A DNA stretch of 64,000 nt from positions 6,264,001 to 6,328,000 of the forward strand of contig NC_087252.1 of assembly GCF_037042905.1 (NCBI RefSeq), in the 5' to 3' direction. The notes under the pieces were generated by a model that saw nothing but the letters and a program-made list of their open reading frames with translations, searched no databases and was not told the origin of the DNA. Position 1 is the first letter of the stretch. Each line of letters starts with the position of its first letter. Shown in pieces: positions 63,481-64,000 of this stretch. Position numbers and translations under genes: made by a program. This DNA comes from Lytechinus pictus (taxonomy: Eukaryota).

Positions 63481-64000
63481 ACCCTTGGATGTCCTACAAG
63501 TTTATTACTTAAATAAATTGGGTTTCTATTTTCGGGCCCAATCGTAGACCCCCTCCCCTTCCGGGCCCTTTTCTTATGCTGTGAGAACACTCCGAAAATG
63601 ATCTATTAACAAAAGATAATTAACTCTCTGCACGCTGAATTAATTTTTGGGGGATAATAATGACAATAATTGTTTCCATGCTATTTTCTTTAATTCAAGA
63701 TTTCCATATTGTACCATGGATACTTATTATTATTATTATAATATAAATGTTATCTAAGAACTATTGCCTTTTATTAGCTTATCTAATTTGAAGGTAGGGG
63801 AGAAAACTAATTATTACGATTGTTGAATCTAATTATACGAATGTGCAATATTCCAACATCAGCGCGCAAAGGTTTACAAATTATCAGAGAGGTGCAAAAT
63901 TAAATTTCGAGAAAACGAAAATAAAATGTATCTTTTAAAAGACACTCAGATTTTTTTTTTCATTTAATTCATTCTGTTTTTTTTTTACCATTGAATATCG

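Overview
AT-rich, repeat-dense animal genomic DNA with GT-AG introns. A sea urchin or other echinoderm is likely, inferred from the HYR/hyalin-type exons and the repeat families; the species cannot be fixed from sequence. Zone 1 (about 1-25.5 kb) is a collage of decayed transposon coding fragments: hAT, EnSpm/CACTA, RecQ-helicase (Academ-like), HECT-like, CR1/L2 LINE, Sola and Ginger-like. Nearly all lie on the minus strand, many were duplicated as shuffled modules, and an 8.4-kb PIF/Harbinger element (perfect 25-bp TIRs, CTG TSD) splits the EnSpm remnant. This resembles a uni-strand, antisense-biased 'TE trap' or piRNA-cluster-like locus (inference). Zone 2 (about 38.2-46.4 kb) holds the only intact-looking host gene: a secreted protein with a signal peptide, a Ser/Gly linker, about 440 aa of (PQPAPAPA)n repeats and two phase-1 HYR-domain exons. 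The rest is intergenic or intronic DNA packed with MITEs (Harbinger, Kolobok, piggyBac, Tc1, CACT-type), Helentron-like HINE elements, a tRNA-derived SINE, a 5'-truncated L1/Tx1 LINE and microsatellites. All family calls come from recognising motifs by eye; no database searches were run.
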